This document shows positions 21,095 through 30,844 of a stretch of DNA of 64,000 nt, piece by piece. Under the pieces are notes generated by a model. That model made no database searches and was not told the DNA's origin. It saw only the letters and a list, made by a program, of their open reading frames with translations. Within the stretch, counting starts at the first letter, position 1, and each line of letters opens with the position of its first letter. The DNA is from a bacterium. Its GTDB lineage: Bacteria > UBA8248. Both the position numbers and the translations under genes were made by a program. The stretch is from assembly GCA_965200245.1 (NCBI GenBank), contig CBDATS010000002.1, forward strand, positions 32,001 through 96,000, in the 5' to 3' direction.

Positions 21095-22504
21095 ATGAAT
21101 TCAGACATCCGGGTTCGCTTTGCTCCATCCAACACGGGCCACCTCCATATAGGCGGCGCGCGAACAGCCTTGTTTAACTGGTTTTATGCGAAACATCACG
21201 CAGGCACAGCTATCCTGCGAATTGAGGATACCGACCGGCAGCGTTCTACGGAAGAATACTACGACGCCATTCTGGACGCTTTCGACTGGCTGGATCTCGA
21301 ATGGGACGAAGGCCCGTATCGTCAATCCCGCCGCATGACTCTCTACAAGGAAGCTGCCGACAAACTGCTCTCATCCGGTGCCGCCTATCGGTGCACATGC
21401 TCGCCGGATGAAGTGAACGTCATGCGCGAGAGGGCCCGTGCCGAGGGGAAGACGCCAAAATACGATGGAACCTGCCGGGATCGGTACGACAAGGACCCGA
21501 ATGTCCCGTTTTGCCTCCGCCTCCGGGCTCCTGATGCCGGAGAGACGATAGTTGAGGACATCCTCGCCGGGGAGGTGGTATTCGAGAACTCACAACTCGA
21601 CGACATGATTATCGTTCGCACCGATGGAACACCTACATATAATTTTTGCGTGGCCGTCGACGATATCGACATGAAGATTTCCCACGTGATACGCGGCAAT
21701 GACCATCTGTCCAATACTCCCAAACAACTTCTCGTCTACCAAGCACTGAAGGAAACGACGCCAAAATTCGCGCACATATCGATGATATTGGGGCCCGATA
21801 AAAAAAGACTGTCAAAACGGCACGGAGCGGATTCGGTATTGGAATATAAAGAGCGCGGCTACCTGCCTGAAGCGCTGATCAACTATCTCGTTCGGCTCGG
21901 CTGGAGCCACGGAGACCAGGAAATTTTCTCCAGGGAAGAGATCGTCGAAAATTTTTCATTGGAGAATCTGAACCGATCCGCCGCTATCTTCAACCCGGAG
22001 AAACTGTTGTGGCTGAATCAGGAATACATCAAATCGGCCGATGGCGATTTTCTCGTCGAATCGCTCGATGCAGGTCTCAGGAAACAGGGTCTATCGCCGG
22101 ATTCCCTGAAATACAAAACACGTGAAGGCATTGTCGATGAACTCCGAACACGCTCCAGCACCTTGGCGGATATGATAGAAGGCGCTCGTTTTTTCTTTGG
22201 CACGGAAGTCGAACTGGACGAGAAAGCGGCTTCCAAATTCCTGACACTGGAAAACGCGGGGCTGATTCTGAAACTACGGAACGAACTGAATAAAATCGAT
22301 ACGTTTTCATCCGAAAACGTCAAATCGGCTTTTCAGCACGTCATGGAAGAAGAGGTCATCAAGCTCGGCAAGCTGGCACAACCCGTACGCGTCGCCATTA
22401 CGGGCGGTACCATCAGCCCCGGTATTTTTGAAACCCTCAGCCTTCTCGGAAAAGACAAAAGCCTCCATCGCCTCGACGCGGCTCTGTCCAGAATCAGTCA
22501 ATAA
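21095..22504 (+). CDS. gltX: Glutamate--tRNA ligase
   Basis: RFAPSNTGHLHIGG (HIGH), LRIEDTD, IRGNDH, KRLSKRHG (KMSKS). Confidence 0.96.
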   Translation: MNSDIRVRFAPSNTGHLHIGGARTALFNWFYAKHHAGTAILRIEDTDRQRSTEEYYDAILDAFDWLDLEWDEGPYRQSRRMTLYKEAADKLLSSGAAYRCTCSPDEVNVMRERARAEGKTPKYDGTCRDRYDKDPNVPFCLRLRAPDAGETIVEDILAGEVVFENSQLDDMIIVRTDGTPTYNFCVAVDDIDMKISHVIRGNDHLSNTPKQLLVYQALKETTPKFAHISMILGPDKKRLSKRHGADSVLEYKERGYLPEALINYLVRLGWSHGDQEIFSREEIVENFSLENLNRSAAIFNPEKLLWLNQEYIKSADGDFLVESLDAGLRKQGLSPDSLKYKTREGIVDELRTRSSTLADMIEGARFFFGTEVELDEKAASKFLTLENAGLILKLRNELNKIDTFSSENVKSAFQHVMEEEVIKLGKLAQPVRVAITGGTISPGIFETLSLLGKDKSLHRLDAALSRISQ

Positions 22505-22564
22505 TTGTTTTTTCCATCGTCCTTGACGAAAACAGAACTCATACATATAAACATCTAGGTCTTT

Positions 22565-22638
22565 TGGGGGATCGTCTAGCGGCAGGACACCAGACTCTGG
22601 ATCTGGGTACGGAGGTTCGAATCCTCCTCCCCCAGCCA
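22565..22638 (+). tRNA. tRNA-Gln (anticodon CTG)
   Basis: Acceptor TGGGGGA/TCCCCCA, anticodon arm ccaga-ctCTGga-tctgg, T-arm ggagg-TTCGAAT-cctcc, encoded CCA. Confidence 0.97.
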
Positions 22639-22713
22639 CCAAATGCTTGCCCGCTGGGTTCTGGAACGCGGGAATTCGTGGTTTTCTTTCCTCGTCAATG
22701 AAAGGAGTCGATA

Positions 22714-23370
22714 ATGACCTTGAGAATCAATTACGAAGCACCGGATTTCTCCGCCAACACGACCCAGGGTCCCATCAATTTCCATGAATGGATTGGCGAC
22801 GGCTGGGCCGTCATCTTTTCACATCCGAAGGACTTTACGCCAGTCTGCACCACAGAACTCGGTACGATGGCCGGCCTCAAGTCGGAATTCGACAAAAGAA
22901 ACTGCAAAGTGATCGGTATCAGCGTCGACGGAGTTTCCGATCATGAAAAATGGTCCAAGGACATTGAAACTTCTCAGGGCCATGCCGTGAACTATCCGCT
23001 GATTGGCGATCCCGAACTGGCAATCGTCAAGGCCTACGACATGCTGCCCGCCGATGCCGGTGACACTTCCGAGGGCCGGACGGCCGCCGATAATGCAACG
23101 GCCCGTTCGGTATTTGTTATCGGACCGGACAAAAGAATCAAGGCAACGCTCACCTATCCGATGAGTACGGGACGGAATTTCGTTGAAATTCTGAGGCTGC
23201 TCGATTCCTGCCAGTTGACAGCCAGTGAACAGGTGGCGACTCCGGCAAACTGGCAACAAGGTGAAGACGTGATCATTTTGCCGGCCGTTTCTGATGAAGA
23301 TGCGAGGAAGAAATATCCGGAAGGATGGGAGTCGCCGCTTCCGTATATTCGGGTCGTCAAACAACCATAA
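22714..23370 (+). CDS. 1-Cys peroxiredoxin (Prx6 family)
   Basis: FSHPKDFTPVCTTE, YPMSTGRNF, ATPANW. Confidence 0.95.
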   Translation: MTLRINYEAPDFSANTTQGPINFHEWIGDGWAVIFSHPKDFTPVCTTELGTMAGLKSEFDKRNCKVIGISVDGVSDHEKWSKDIETSQGHAVNYPLIGDPELAIVKAYDMLPADAGDTSEGRTAADNATARSVFVIGPDKRIKATLTYPMSTGRNFVEILRLLDSCQLTASEQVATPANWQQGEDVIILPAVSDEDARKKYPEGWESPLPYIRVVKQP

Positions 23371-23442
23371 CTTTTTTGTATCTGTAGATGCACGCAAACA
23401 GGAAAGTTATACGGAATCGCCGGTCCGGTTAGACAAGTCAAA

Positions 23443-23477
23443 AAGAGCCGCGGTCATTGTTCCTGACCGCGGCTCTT
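23443..23477. terminator. Intrinsic terminator between convergent genes
   Basis: aagagccgcggtca-ttgttcc-tgaccgcggctctt with flanking A/T tracts. Confidence 0.8.
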
Positions 23478-23499
23478 GATTTTGATGAGCTTGAAAGGG

Positions 23500-24495
23500 C
23501 TAGTTCTTCCAACCTTCAGCTGCCATGGCCTTCTTCACCATGCTCAAGTCCATGCCCTCCTTACGGAGATCCACTGTTCGTTTCGCTTTGCGTTTTTCCA
23601 GAAGCACCTTGCCCATGTGATCAAACCATTTGTAATCCGCCTCCGAAGGGAGAAGACCAAATGTCAGATCGTTTACAGAGGCTTTCACTATTTTCAGCTT
23701 GATTTTCGAACCTTTCGATTGCAGGTGATTCAAGTAAATACGGGCAAATTTGTCGCGATCATCCCTGTGCAATTTCATGCCACGAATGAATCCTCTCAGG
23801 AATTTCGTGTAGACATCCTTGTTTTTCTTGAGGGTTTTTCCGTTGGCCATGAGGATCCACAGGTTATTTGCATATTTGCAGAAAGTTTCCACTGTGCGGG
23901 CATACCCTCTGTCGATTGCAATGGCAGCCTGCGGGTTGTTCAAGGCTATCATATCCACTGTCCGGGATTTAAGCGCCGCCATGCGGGTATCATTGTTCAT
24001 GTTTACAGTTGTGAAGTCATTCACTGTCAATCCGTATTTCGGCAGGATGAAGGTTGTCAGTGTGAAATATGTACCCGTTGCCTTACCTACTCCCAGTCTT
24101 TTGCCTTTCAAATCATGCAGGGTTTTCACAGGTGACTTGGGAGATGTGAGAATTTTGTTTGCCTTGCACCAATAGTTGGCGTTTGCGATGCCGGGCGCAT
24201 TCGCTCTTTTCGATATCGCGGAATAAAAAGCACGGTCGGCAGCACCACCGATATCAAGAGAGTTCGCCAGAATCGCCTGGCGCATCAATTTGCCCTGCGG
24301 AAACTGTTTAATGGTGTATTTTCCCTTGCCGATGGTTTGATCATAGTAGCCCATCTTGTGAGCAACGATTGTAACCGCTCCCATGACAGAGCGATGATGG
24401 CCTATGCGGAACGGCGCCGCATGAGCGGAATATACCGTGAACAGAATTCCCGCCACGGTCATGGCGACGGCAAGAAACATACCTCTTCGACTCAT
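23500..24495 (-). CDS. ABC substrate-binding protein, SsuA/NitT/TauT-like
   Basis: Signal peptide (AHA), SPVKTLHDLKGKRLG; RBS gaggag. Confidence 0.82.
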   Translation of the reverse strand: MSRRGMFLAVAMTVAGILFTVYSAHAAPFRIGHHRSVMGAVTIVAHKMGYYDQTIGKGKYTIKQFPQGKLMRQAILANSLDIGGAADRAFYSAISKRANAPGIANANYWCKANKILTSPKSPVKTLHDLKGKRLGVGKATGTYFTLTTFILPKYGLTVNDFTTVNMNNDTRMAALKSRTVDMIALNNPQAAIAIDRGYARTVETFCKYANNLWILMANGKTLKKNKDVYTKFLRGFIRGMKLHRDDRDKFARIYLNHLQSKGSKIKLKIVKASVNDLTFGLLPSEADYKWFDHMGKVLLEKRKAKRTVDLRKEGMDLSMVKKAMAAEGWKN

Positions 24496-24719
24496 TACAA
24501 TATCCTCCTCAAGATTCATCGCCCGAAGGCATTCACAAAAGAAACTCCAAATAAGCAACCCGTTGCCGTGAAGCGAATTTCAATGCTGAAATTTTACTCA
24601 TCTCTATGGGTATGAGAAACGTTAGCATACCTTGAACCGAAATTACATCCCGTCAGGCTGAAGGTATCCATCTTCCATTTTTCATCGATGAATCTCCGCC
24701 CTGTTCTGACTTGCCCTGC

Positions 24720-25937
24720 TCAGGTGATAAATTCCGGACCGGGACTTCGTCTCTGCAGGGACAAGGCCAGAAGAAAACCCACAAACAAAACGATTGAAAG
24801 TGTCCAGAAAGCGTTCAACATCCCTATTCTTTCACCAAGTAATGAAAGAGGAATCGCCGTCAGGCCAGCCAATATCCAGCCGCCCCCCAAAATCAAGGAA
24901 CTCGCGAACCCCCGATGCTCGGGGAGATATTCCTGTGCCAGCGCTACCGATACACCCATGGGCACGAACGCTCCGGCGCCAATGACTGCGAGTGAAATAT
25001 AAGCCCACTCCAGGGAAGAAACCTGGAACAACAACATGCCGACAAAAGCGCATCCGACACCAATCGTAATCACCTTGGGTTTTCCATACTTGTCACCCAG
25101 GATACCGCCGAGCATTACGCCGATGGCTCCCGAGCAGAAAATGACCGTGTTGGCAATGCCGCCGCGCCAAAGCCCCAAACCCTTTTCGACGAATATCGTG
25201 GGCAAGAATCCTCCCAGATTCGCTAATGTCGTCCCTCTGACAACGGCGATGCCAAAGAGAAGAAGTATGGGTCCGCGAACACCCTTCAGGGAAGCCAGCA
25301 ACCCAACACGCTCACTCGTACCTTCCACTTTCTTCTCTCTCTGTGGTGGAGCCGGCATACCCAACTTCACACCCCCCATGGCAAGCACCGCCACAAGTAT
25401 GAACACCCACAGATACTCCATACCCATCTTTTCCGCGATGAATATGGCGATCAACGGCCCGAACGCAAAACCGAGCCTGCCTCCCGTAACGAACAGGCTG
25501 ACGATAATACCGGAATGCGCGGAACTCAGCCTGCCTGCTCTCGCGGCCATATCCGGATGACAAAGCCCAAAAAGAATTCCCCCTGAAATCAGTGCCGCAG
25601 CCAAGCCATATATGCTTGTGACCCACCCGATTGCCGTAAAGGCGATGGAACTGCCAATCAAACCTACGGCAAGCCAAGGCAGCCAGGGCCACCTGTCGAT
25701 GACGATGCCCGTGATGGGTTGCGTGATGGAACCGCTCACCGCCTGACATGAAATCAGCAATCCGACCGTCGTGAGGCTTAGTCCCAGTTTTTCCTTCAGT
25801 AATGGAACAAGGGGCGCAAAGAAATTCGCCTGGCTATCCACCACGAAATGCGCAAAGAATATGAGGCCCGTTCCAGTCCAAGGCGAAGTGCGGAAAGACG
25901 GCTTTTCCGCGGCTTGGGTGTTCTCTTGCATGCTCAC
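24720..25937 (-). CDS. MFS transporter, Fsr-like
   Basis: AHFVVD, QP..G...DR, HP...A, F..GG.LG...GP. Confidence 0.85.
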   Translation of the reverse strand: MSMQENTQAAEKPSFRTSPWTGTGLIFFAHFVVDSQANFFAPLVPLLKEKLGLSLTTVGLLISCQAVSGSITQPITGIVIDRWPWLPWLAVGLIGSSIAFTAIGWVTSIYGLAAALISGGILFGLCHPDMAARAGRLSSAHSGIIVSLFVTGGRLGFAFGPLIAIFIAEKMGMEYLWVFILVAVLAMGGVKLGMPAPPQREKKVEGTSERVGLLASLKGVRGPILLLFGIAVVRGTTLANLGGFLPTIFVEKGLGLWRGGIANTVIFCSGAIGVMLGGILGDKYGKPKVITIGVGCAFVGMLLFQVSSLEWAYISLAVIGAGAFVPMGVSVALAQEYLPEHRGFASSLILGGGWILAGLTAIPLSLLGERIGMLNAFWTLSIVLFVGFLLALSLQRRSPGPEFIT

Positions 25938-26932
25938 CTCGGGGCCATGGCCTTGAGCGTACGCTCGACTGCTCCCTGATAACCCTCGCCCGCAAGCACG
26001 GGGTCAATCATCAAGGCGGGCATATCCACTCCGGCCTCACAAAAAACGGCCAGCCGTTCACGACATCTTTCCGGTGGACCGACAAGACAGAACTCGTCAA
26101 TGATGGCGTCTGTGATTCCGTCTCTCAAGGCTGTCTGATCGCCTTGTTCGAAGGCTTTTCTGATGTTTTCCGCCTCTTGTTCATAGCCACTTTCCTGAAT
26201 CGAGTTGTTATAGACGGGAAGTCCAAGCCAATACGTCAGGGTTTTACGGGCGGCTTCTCTGGCAAGGGCAAGGTCATCACAGAGAAAAGTATGCATTCCA
26301 AGGTCGATTTTCACGTCCCGGGGATTCCGACCCGCACGTTTCGCGCCTGCGTCTCTCGCTTCCAGATAGGCTTTCATTCTCGATAACGGAACCATATACG
26401 GCAATAATCCATCGGCGATTTCTCCACCCAGGGCCGTCATCTTCGGGCCGACCGCCGCGATGTATATCCGGACTGGATAATTTGAGCGCCTGAATTTCAA
26501 TTCTTCTCCCTGGTAAGTCTGGACAGGCAAAGGATAGACGGACTCACCCTCTAGGACGCCCCTTACCTCACAGACATATTTGCGCGTATCTTCTACAGGA
26601 TTTCCCGGTTCAATCCCCATCGCCCGGATTCGAGGCGGGTGTCCGAGCCCAAGACCCAGGATATAGCGGCCACCTGAGATTTCGTTGATCGTTACCGCAC
26701 CTTGGGCCGCCATGGAGGCATGGCGCAAATATATGATGGCTACCGAACTTCCAATCTCAATCCTGGAAGTGTATGTCGCCATCAATTGATTAATCGCCAG
26801 TGTGTCCGTAAGGGATTCTGTCGTATATACACGATCGTATCCCAATTCTTCGCCAAGCCTTGAAACCTCTCCCAGCCCCTTGAAGGAAATGTCCGCAAAA
26901 GTCAGAAGCCAAAATCCGAGGCGATGCGTCAT
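25934..26932 (-). CDS. LLM-class flavin-dependent oxidoreductase (Mer/F420-type-like)
   Basis: SGGRYILGLGLG, IYIAAVGPKM..LGGEIADG, CLVGPPERC. Confidence 0.85.
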   Translation of the reverse strand: MTHRLGFWLLTFADISFKGLGEVSRLGEELGYDRVYTTESLTDTLAINQLMATYTSRIEIGSSVAIIYLRHASMAAQGAVTINEISGGRYILGLGLGHPPRIRAMGIEPGNPVEDTRKYVCEVRGVLEGESVYPLPVQTYQGEELKFRRSNYPVRIYIAAVGPKMTALGGEIADGLLPYMVPLSRMKAYLEARDAGAKRAGRNPRDVKIDLGMHTFLCDDLALAREAARKTLTYWLGLPVYNNSIQESGYEQEAENIRKAFEQGDQTALRDGITDAIIDEFCLVGPPERCRERLAVFCEAGVDMPALMIDPVLAGEGYQGAVERTLKAMAPR

Positions 26933-26969
26933 GAAAAACCTTTCTCCAATCCCGAATTCCCGATAATGA

Positions 26970-27725
26970 CTATTGACACAACCTGCCCCCATCTACCAGC
27001 ACAACCGCCCCGTTCATGTATGACGCTTCGTCCGACGCCATGAAAACGGCGCAGTCCGCGATTTCCTCGGGAGTCGCAAATCGTCCCAACGGTATATTAC
27101 TCATCAGCCTCTCTCGTCTACCTGCTTCGACCTCTACACGATGCTTCGTGCCTTCGCTCAACGTCGTTCCCGGAGCTATGGCGTTGACACGAATCCCCTT
27201 AGGCCCGAGTTCGGCGGCATGCGCCTTCGTCATCAGATGCATGGCCCCTTTCGTCGCGCAATACAGGGAATTATCGGGTACTCCCGCCTCACCGGACGTC
27301 GAGCCAATGTTGATAATTTGACCCCCGGACCTGGGAATCATGTGCCTGGCGGCCAATCCGCTCAGCATAAACGAAGACATCGCGTTGACTTGAAACAGTG
27401 CGACCACGTCTTCATGCGATACTTCTTCTACGGGTTTGTTGCAGCGAATGCCGGCGCAGTTCACCAGTATATCGAGATACCCTAGATGCATGAGTGCGCG
27501 ATTCATGAGTGGAGCAACATTCGCCAGGTTCATTAAGTCAACGCACTCTCCGGCAGCCGAAATTCCTTGAGCCTTGCAATGTTAGATCGTCTCCTGCAAG
27601 GCATCCCTGTTCCCGCCGCCCGCAAGATACAGCGAACAACCCTCCCCGGCGAAACGCCTTGCTATGGCGGAACCGATCCCCACAGAAGCACCGGTGATAA
27701 ACGCTGTCTTTCCCTTTAGTCGCAT
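26970..27725 (-). pseudogene. SDR oxidoreductase with in-frame TAA at codon 48
   Basis: MRLKGKTAFITGASVGIG...QETI*HCK...; stop at 27582-27584, same frame continues to NCAG and YCATK. Confidence 0.85.
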
Positions 27726-27740
27726 GCCGGATGGCCCCTT

Positions 27741-28295
27741 TTATCCTAGCGGAGGCTCCACTCCCTCAGGAAGCGGAAGTTCAAATGCGTTGAGCGTCAT
27801 CGAGACTGTTGTGTAATGCCCGATGAGGCCAATCAACTCCACCAACCCGCGTTCCCCGAAATGATCGAACGCATTATGATAAACCTGATCGCTTACGAAG
27901 TGATTTTCATGCAGTTCGATACAAAAATCGTAGATCGCCTCCTCATCGCCAGCCATCCGTTCGGGTCGCTTGTTCTCCTGAACCGCCTTGATGATGTCAG
28001 GAGACAATCCTCCCTTTCTGGCCAGGGGTTCGTGGGCGTACCACTCGTACTGGGAACTCCAGAACCGGGCGGTGACAAGTATCGCAAACTCGCTCAGTCT
28101 GGGTTCAAAGAGTGTGCCATAGCGCAAATATCGCCCTGTTTCTTCCAGCTTTTCGAGGAAAGCGGGGCTTTTGAGCCATGCCAGAAATGGGCCGCGGACA
28201 CCTCCTCTGGGGCCAGAGGCGATTTTTTCGTAGAGTTCTCTTTGCGAATCCGTCATCTGCTCGAACGGCGTTTCAATCAAACGAGTCATTGGCAT
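27741..28295 (-). CDS. Carboxymuconolactone decarboxylase family protein
   Basis: GPRGGVRGPF..W..SP, E.AILVTAR, QYEWYAH, GHYT. Confidence 0.88.
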   Translation of the reverse strand: MPMTRLIETPFEQMTDSQRELYEKIASGPRGGVRGPFLAWLKSPAFLEKLEETGRYLRYGTLFEPRLSEFAILVTARFWSSQYEWYAHEPLARKGGLSPDIIKAVQENKRPERMAGDEEAIYDFCIELHENHFVSDQVYHNAFDHFGERGLVELIGLIGHYTTVSMTLNAFELPLPEGVEPPLG

Positions 28296-28492
28296 CTAAT
28301 CTCCTTGGTTTATCTCCAACTTGAGCGGTGAAATTACCTGCTACAAAAGAATATCGCAGGTTGCAAGGCGATGCTTAATTTGATACACAATGTTCAAGGT
28401 TGCGGGCGGCGCGACCAAGTTGAGTTTTCAGGGGATGTACGTGGGGTGAAGATGGCCTCTACGCATTTCCAAAATTTGCAGGAGATCAGCAA

Positions 28493-28708
28493 GTGCCAGA
28501 AGGAACAGTGAAGTGGTTCAATGACGCGAAGGGCTATGGTTTCATTTCTCAAACGGATGGTGACGATGTTTTCGTTCATTTCTCCGCCATCCGGGGAGAC
28601 GGCTTTAAAACCCTTGAGGAAGGACAAAGCGTGAATTTCGAAATTGTCCAAGGCCCGAAAGGGCTGCAGGCGGCCAACGTCACAAAAGGGGGTGACTCCG
28701 GAGAATAG
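28493..28708 (+). CDS. cspA: Cold-shock protein
   Basis: [24 protein letters not shown]. Confidence 0.95.
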   Translation: MPEGTVKWFNDAKGYGFISQTDGDDVFVHFSAIRGDGFKTLEEGQSVNFEIVQGPKGLQAANVTKGGDSGE

Positions 28709-28729
28709 CCTCTCACACAGAGAAAATCC

Positions 28730-28762
28730 AAAACGGCGGCTCCCCCCGAGCCGTCGTTTTTT
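28730..28762 (+). terminator. Intrinsic terminator of the csp gene
   Basis: aaaacggcggctc-ccccc-gagccgtcgtttttt. Confidence 0.85.
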
Positions 28763-28852
28763 GTCTGCCGAGGGGTTGAACCTTCGTGATATGATTTTAT
28801 CAGCCGAGTAATCCGAACCATCCAACGGTTCAAATTCACGGAAAGGCATTAC

Positions 28853-29956
28853 ATGCGCGACGTCATTATCATCGGTGGCGGCATCATCGGACTGCTTGCG
28901 GCCAGAGAACTCCAAAAAACGGGCAGGAGCGTCACCCTGATCGAGAAAGGTCGGCCGGGCGCGGGCGCGACCTGGGCTTCCGCCGGTATCATCTCGGTTC
29001 ACGGCACGAGCGGATCCGCCGATATCCAGGGGCCACCGGGCCTGAAACTCCGGACAGCCTCCTATGAGGAATGGCCCTCTCTCACGCAAGCCATTGCGGA
29101 AGAAAGCGGAACGGATGTCGAGTTTCGCCTCACCGGGGTTTTGCTGATCGCCATGAACGAGGATGAAGCCGCGGCCATTCAGAAGAAAGCCCAATCACGC
29201 GAATGGGGCGATACGGAATGGATGCCACCCGAAGTACTCAGGAACGAAGAGCCCTGCCTTTCGGAGGAGTTGACGGGGGCTCTGCTCGTCGCGGGAGGAA
29301 ACCTGGAAGTCAGAAAGTTGGGACCCGCTCTCGAAATCGCCTGCAGGCGGATGGGGGTAGAGATACTCACAGGCTGTGCGGTGGAGGAGATTCTCCATGA
29401 CGGCGAGAGAGTCACGGGCGTCCGCACCGACGCCGGTGTCCACGAGGCACCCGCCGTCTTTCTTTGCGCCGGGCTGGGCAGCAGGAACGTGCCCGGCGCT
29501 GCGCCGAGAGCTCCCATCACCCCGCAGCGCGGACAGATGATCGCCATGGACGCCCGAGCTATCAGTCTGAAGCGCGTGGTGCTGACCGTGAACGATCCCT
29601 ATCTCGTACCCCGCACAGAGGGCCGCATCCTGCTGGGTGCAACGAGAGAGTTCGCGGGCGAGGACCCGAGGCTCACGGTGGGCGGCCTCTCCTGGCTGCT
29701 GAGCGAGGGTGTGCGCATCGCGCCCGGAATCTCCGCCTGCGCCATCGAGGAAACCTGGTGCGGCTTCCGGCCTACTTCGTCGGACTACCTGCCCCTCATC
29801 GGCCAAGGTGCACTCGAGGGACTCCATTTCTGTACCGGGCACGGGCCTTCGGGCATCGGGCCCGCGCCAGCGAGCGTGCGGCTGGCGACGACTCTCTACC
29901 TGGGAGACGCACCCCCGCTCGACCCTGCACCCTATGACCCGATGCGCTTCGCGTAG
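28853..29956 (+). CDS. FAD-dependent glycine oxidase ThiO/DadA family
   Basis: GGGIIG, ATWASAG, P.RGQ, YLVPR, GFRP, TGH. Confidence 0.85.
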   Translation: MRDVIIIGGGIIGLLAARELQKTGRSVTLIEKGRPGAGATWASAGIISVHGTSGSADIQGPPGLKLRTASYEEWPSLTQAIAEESGTDVEFRLTGVLLIAMNEDEAAAIQKKAQSREWGDTEWMPPEVLRNEEPCLSEELTGALLVAGGNLEVRKLGPALEIACRRMGVEILTGCAVEEILHDGERVTGVRTDAGVHEAPAVFLCAGLGSRNVPGAAPRAPITPQRGQMIAMDARAISLKRVVLTVNDPYLVPRTEGRILLGATREFAGEDPRLTVGGLSWLLSEGVRIAPGISACAIEETWCGFRPTSSDYLPLIGQGALEGLHFCTGHGPSGIGPAPASVRLATTLYLGDAPPLDPAPYDPMRFA

Positions 29957-30276
29957 CAAATGCGTGGCCGCATAAAAAATTCATTTTGAAAATTTCTGAT
30001 ATACGTCGATGCGTTACTTGAACATACTCTGGCAAGTATATGATTTAAATCACAATATTGATTCAATATCCATCCTGAATCTTTCAAGAAACTGAATTTC
30101 AGGAATTCTATGGATACCTACGCGTAATCGAAATAGTCAATCGGAATTGAAGGCGTTTGTTGGGGTGCCGATTTCACTACGTTAACTTCCTTCTGTCCCC
30201 TCCAAAGGAAAACGCGAGGTTGTCGAGTTACCCATACTATTCCCCTGATTTCTGACGTCACGAATTGGGGAAGAAA

Positions 30277-30315
30277 CAAACGGGGCGGACACTCAGGTCC
30301 GTTCCTGCTGTTTTT
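30277..30315. terminator. Hairpin downstream of the YdhR-like gene
   Basis: ggggcggac-actcag-gtccgttcc with A- and T-rich flanks. Confidence 0.5.
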
Positions 30316-30361
30316 GACTACACGATATTTACTTGCTCCACCATCCCCGCCAGCATGAATC

Positions 30362-30670
30362 CTACGCAGTCGCTTCCTCGCGCAGCGGCTTCGTGAACGC
30401 GATCGCCGCCACGTCGAAGTATTCGAGGCTCGCGTTGTTCGCCCTGCGGAAACTGCGCTGTTTCTCGGAGTTGAACCAGGCGTCGGCGCTGGCCTTGTCC
30501 TCAAAGTGGTAGACGGAAGCCATCCGGCCTGTCTCCTCGTTCATGCCCCAGGTCTTGTCGATGAGGCCGGGCACCTCGTTCTCGAAAAAGGCGGCGGCCT
30601 GCTCCCTGTCCGCACGAACCTCGGCGAGCGTGGGCGCGACGGCGGGATAGTGTAAAATGACCATCATCAT
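30362..30670 (-). CDS. YdhR-like putative monooxygenase (dimeric alpha/beta barrel)
   Basis: VPGLIDKTW..NEETG....VYHFED..SA.AW. Confidence 0.75.
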   Translation of the reverse strand: MMMVILHYPAVAPTLAEVRADREQAAAFFENEVPGLIDKTWGMNEETGRMASVYHFEDKASADAWFNSEKQRSFRRANNASLEYFDVAAIAFTKPLREEATA

Positions 30671-30844
30671 GGCGGTGTCCTCCTCAGGATGTCCGAACAG
30701 CGATGTGGGTAAACCTGCGCGTCTTTCGAGTGGAATGATAGCCTACGGGACGCGAATCTGCCAAACGCTGACAGAGCGGGCGGGAGCCTGAAATCTGAAC
30801 ATTCGAGAGAATTTCCTGTTTTTGGCGAGAAAGGAGAAGCGAAG

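Noticed and set aside
22565-22700. Prophage or island integration at tRNA-Gln
   Set aside because: No integrase follows, and I saw no duplicated tRNA 3' end in the window.
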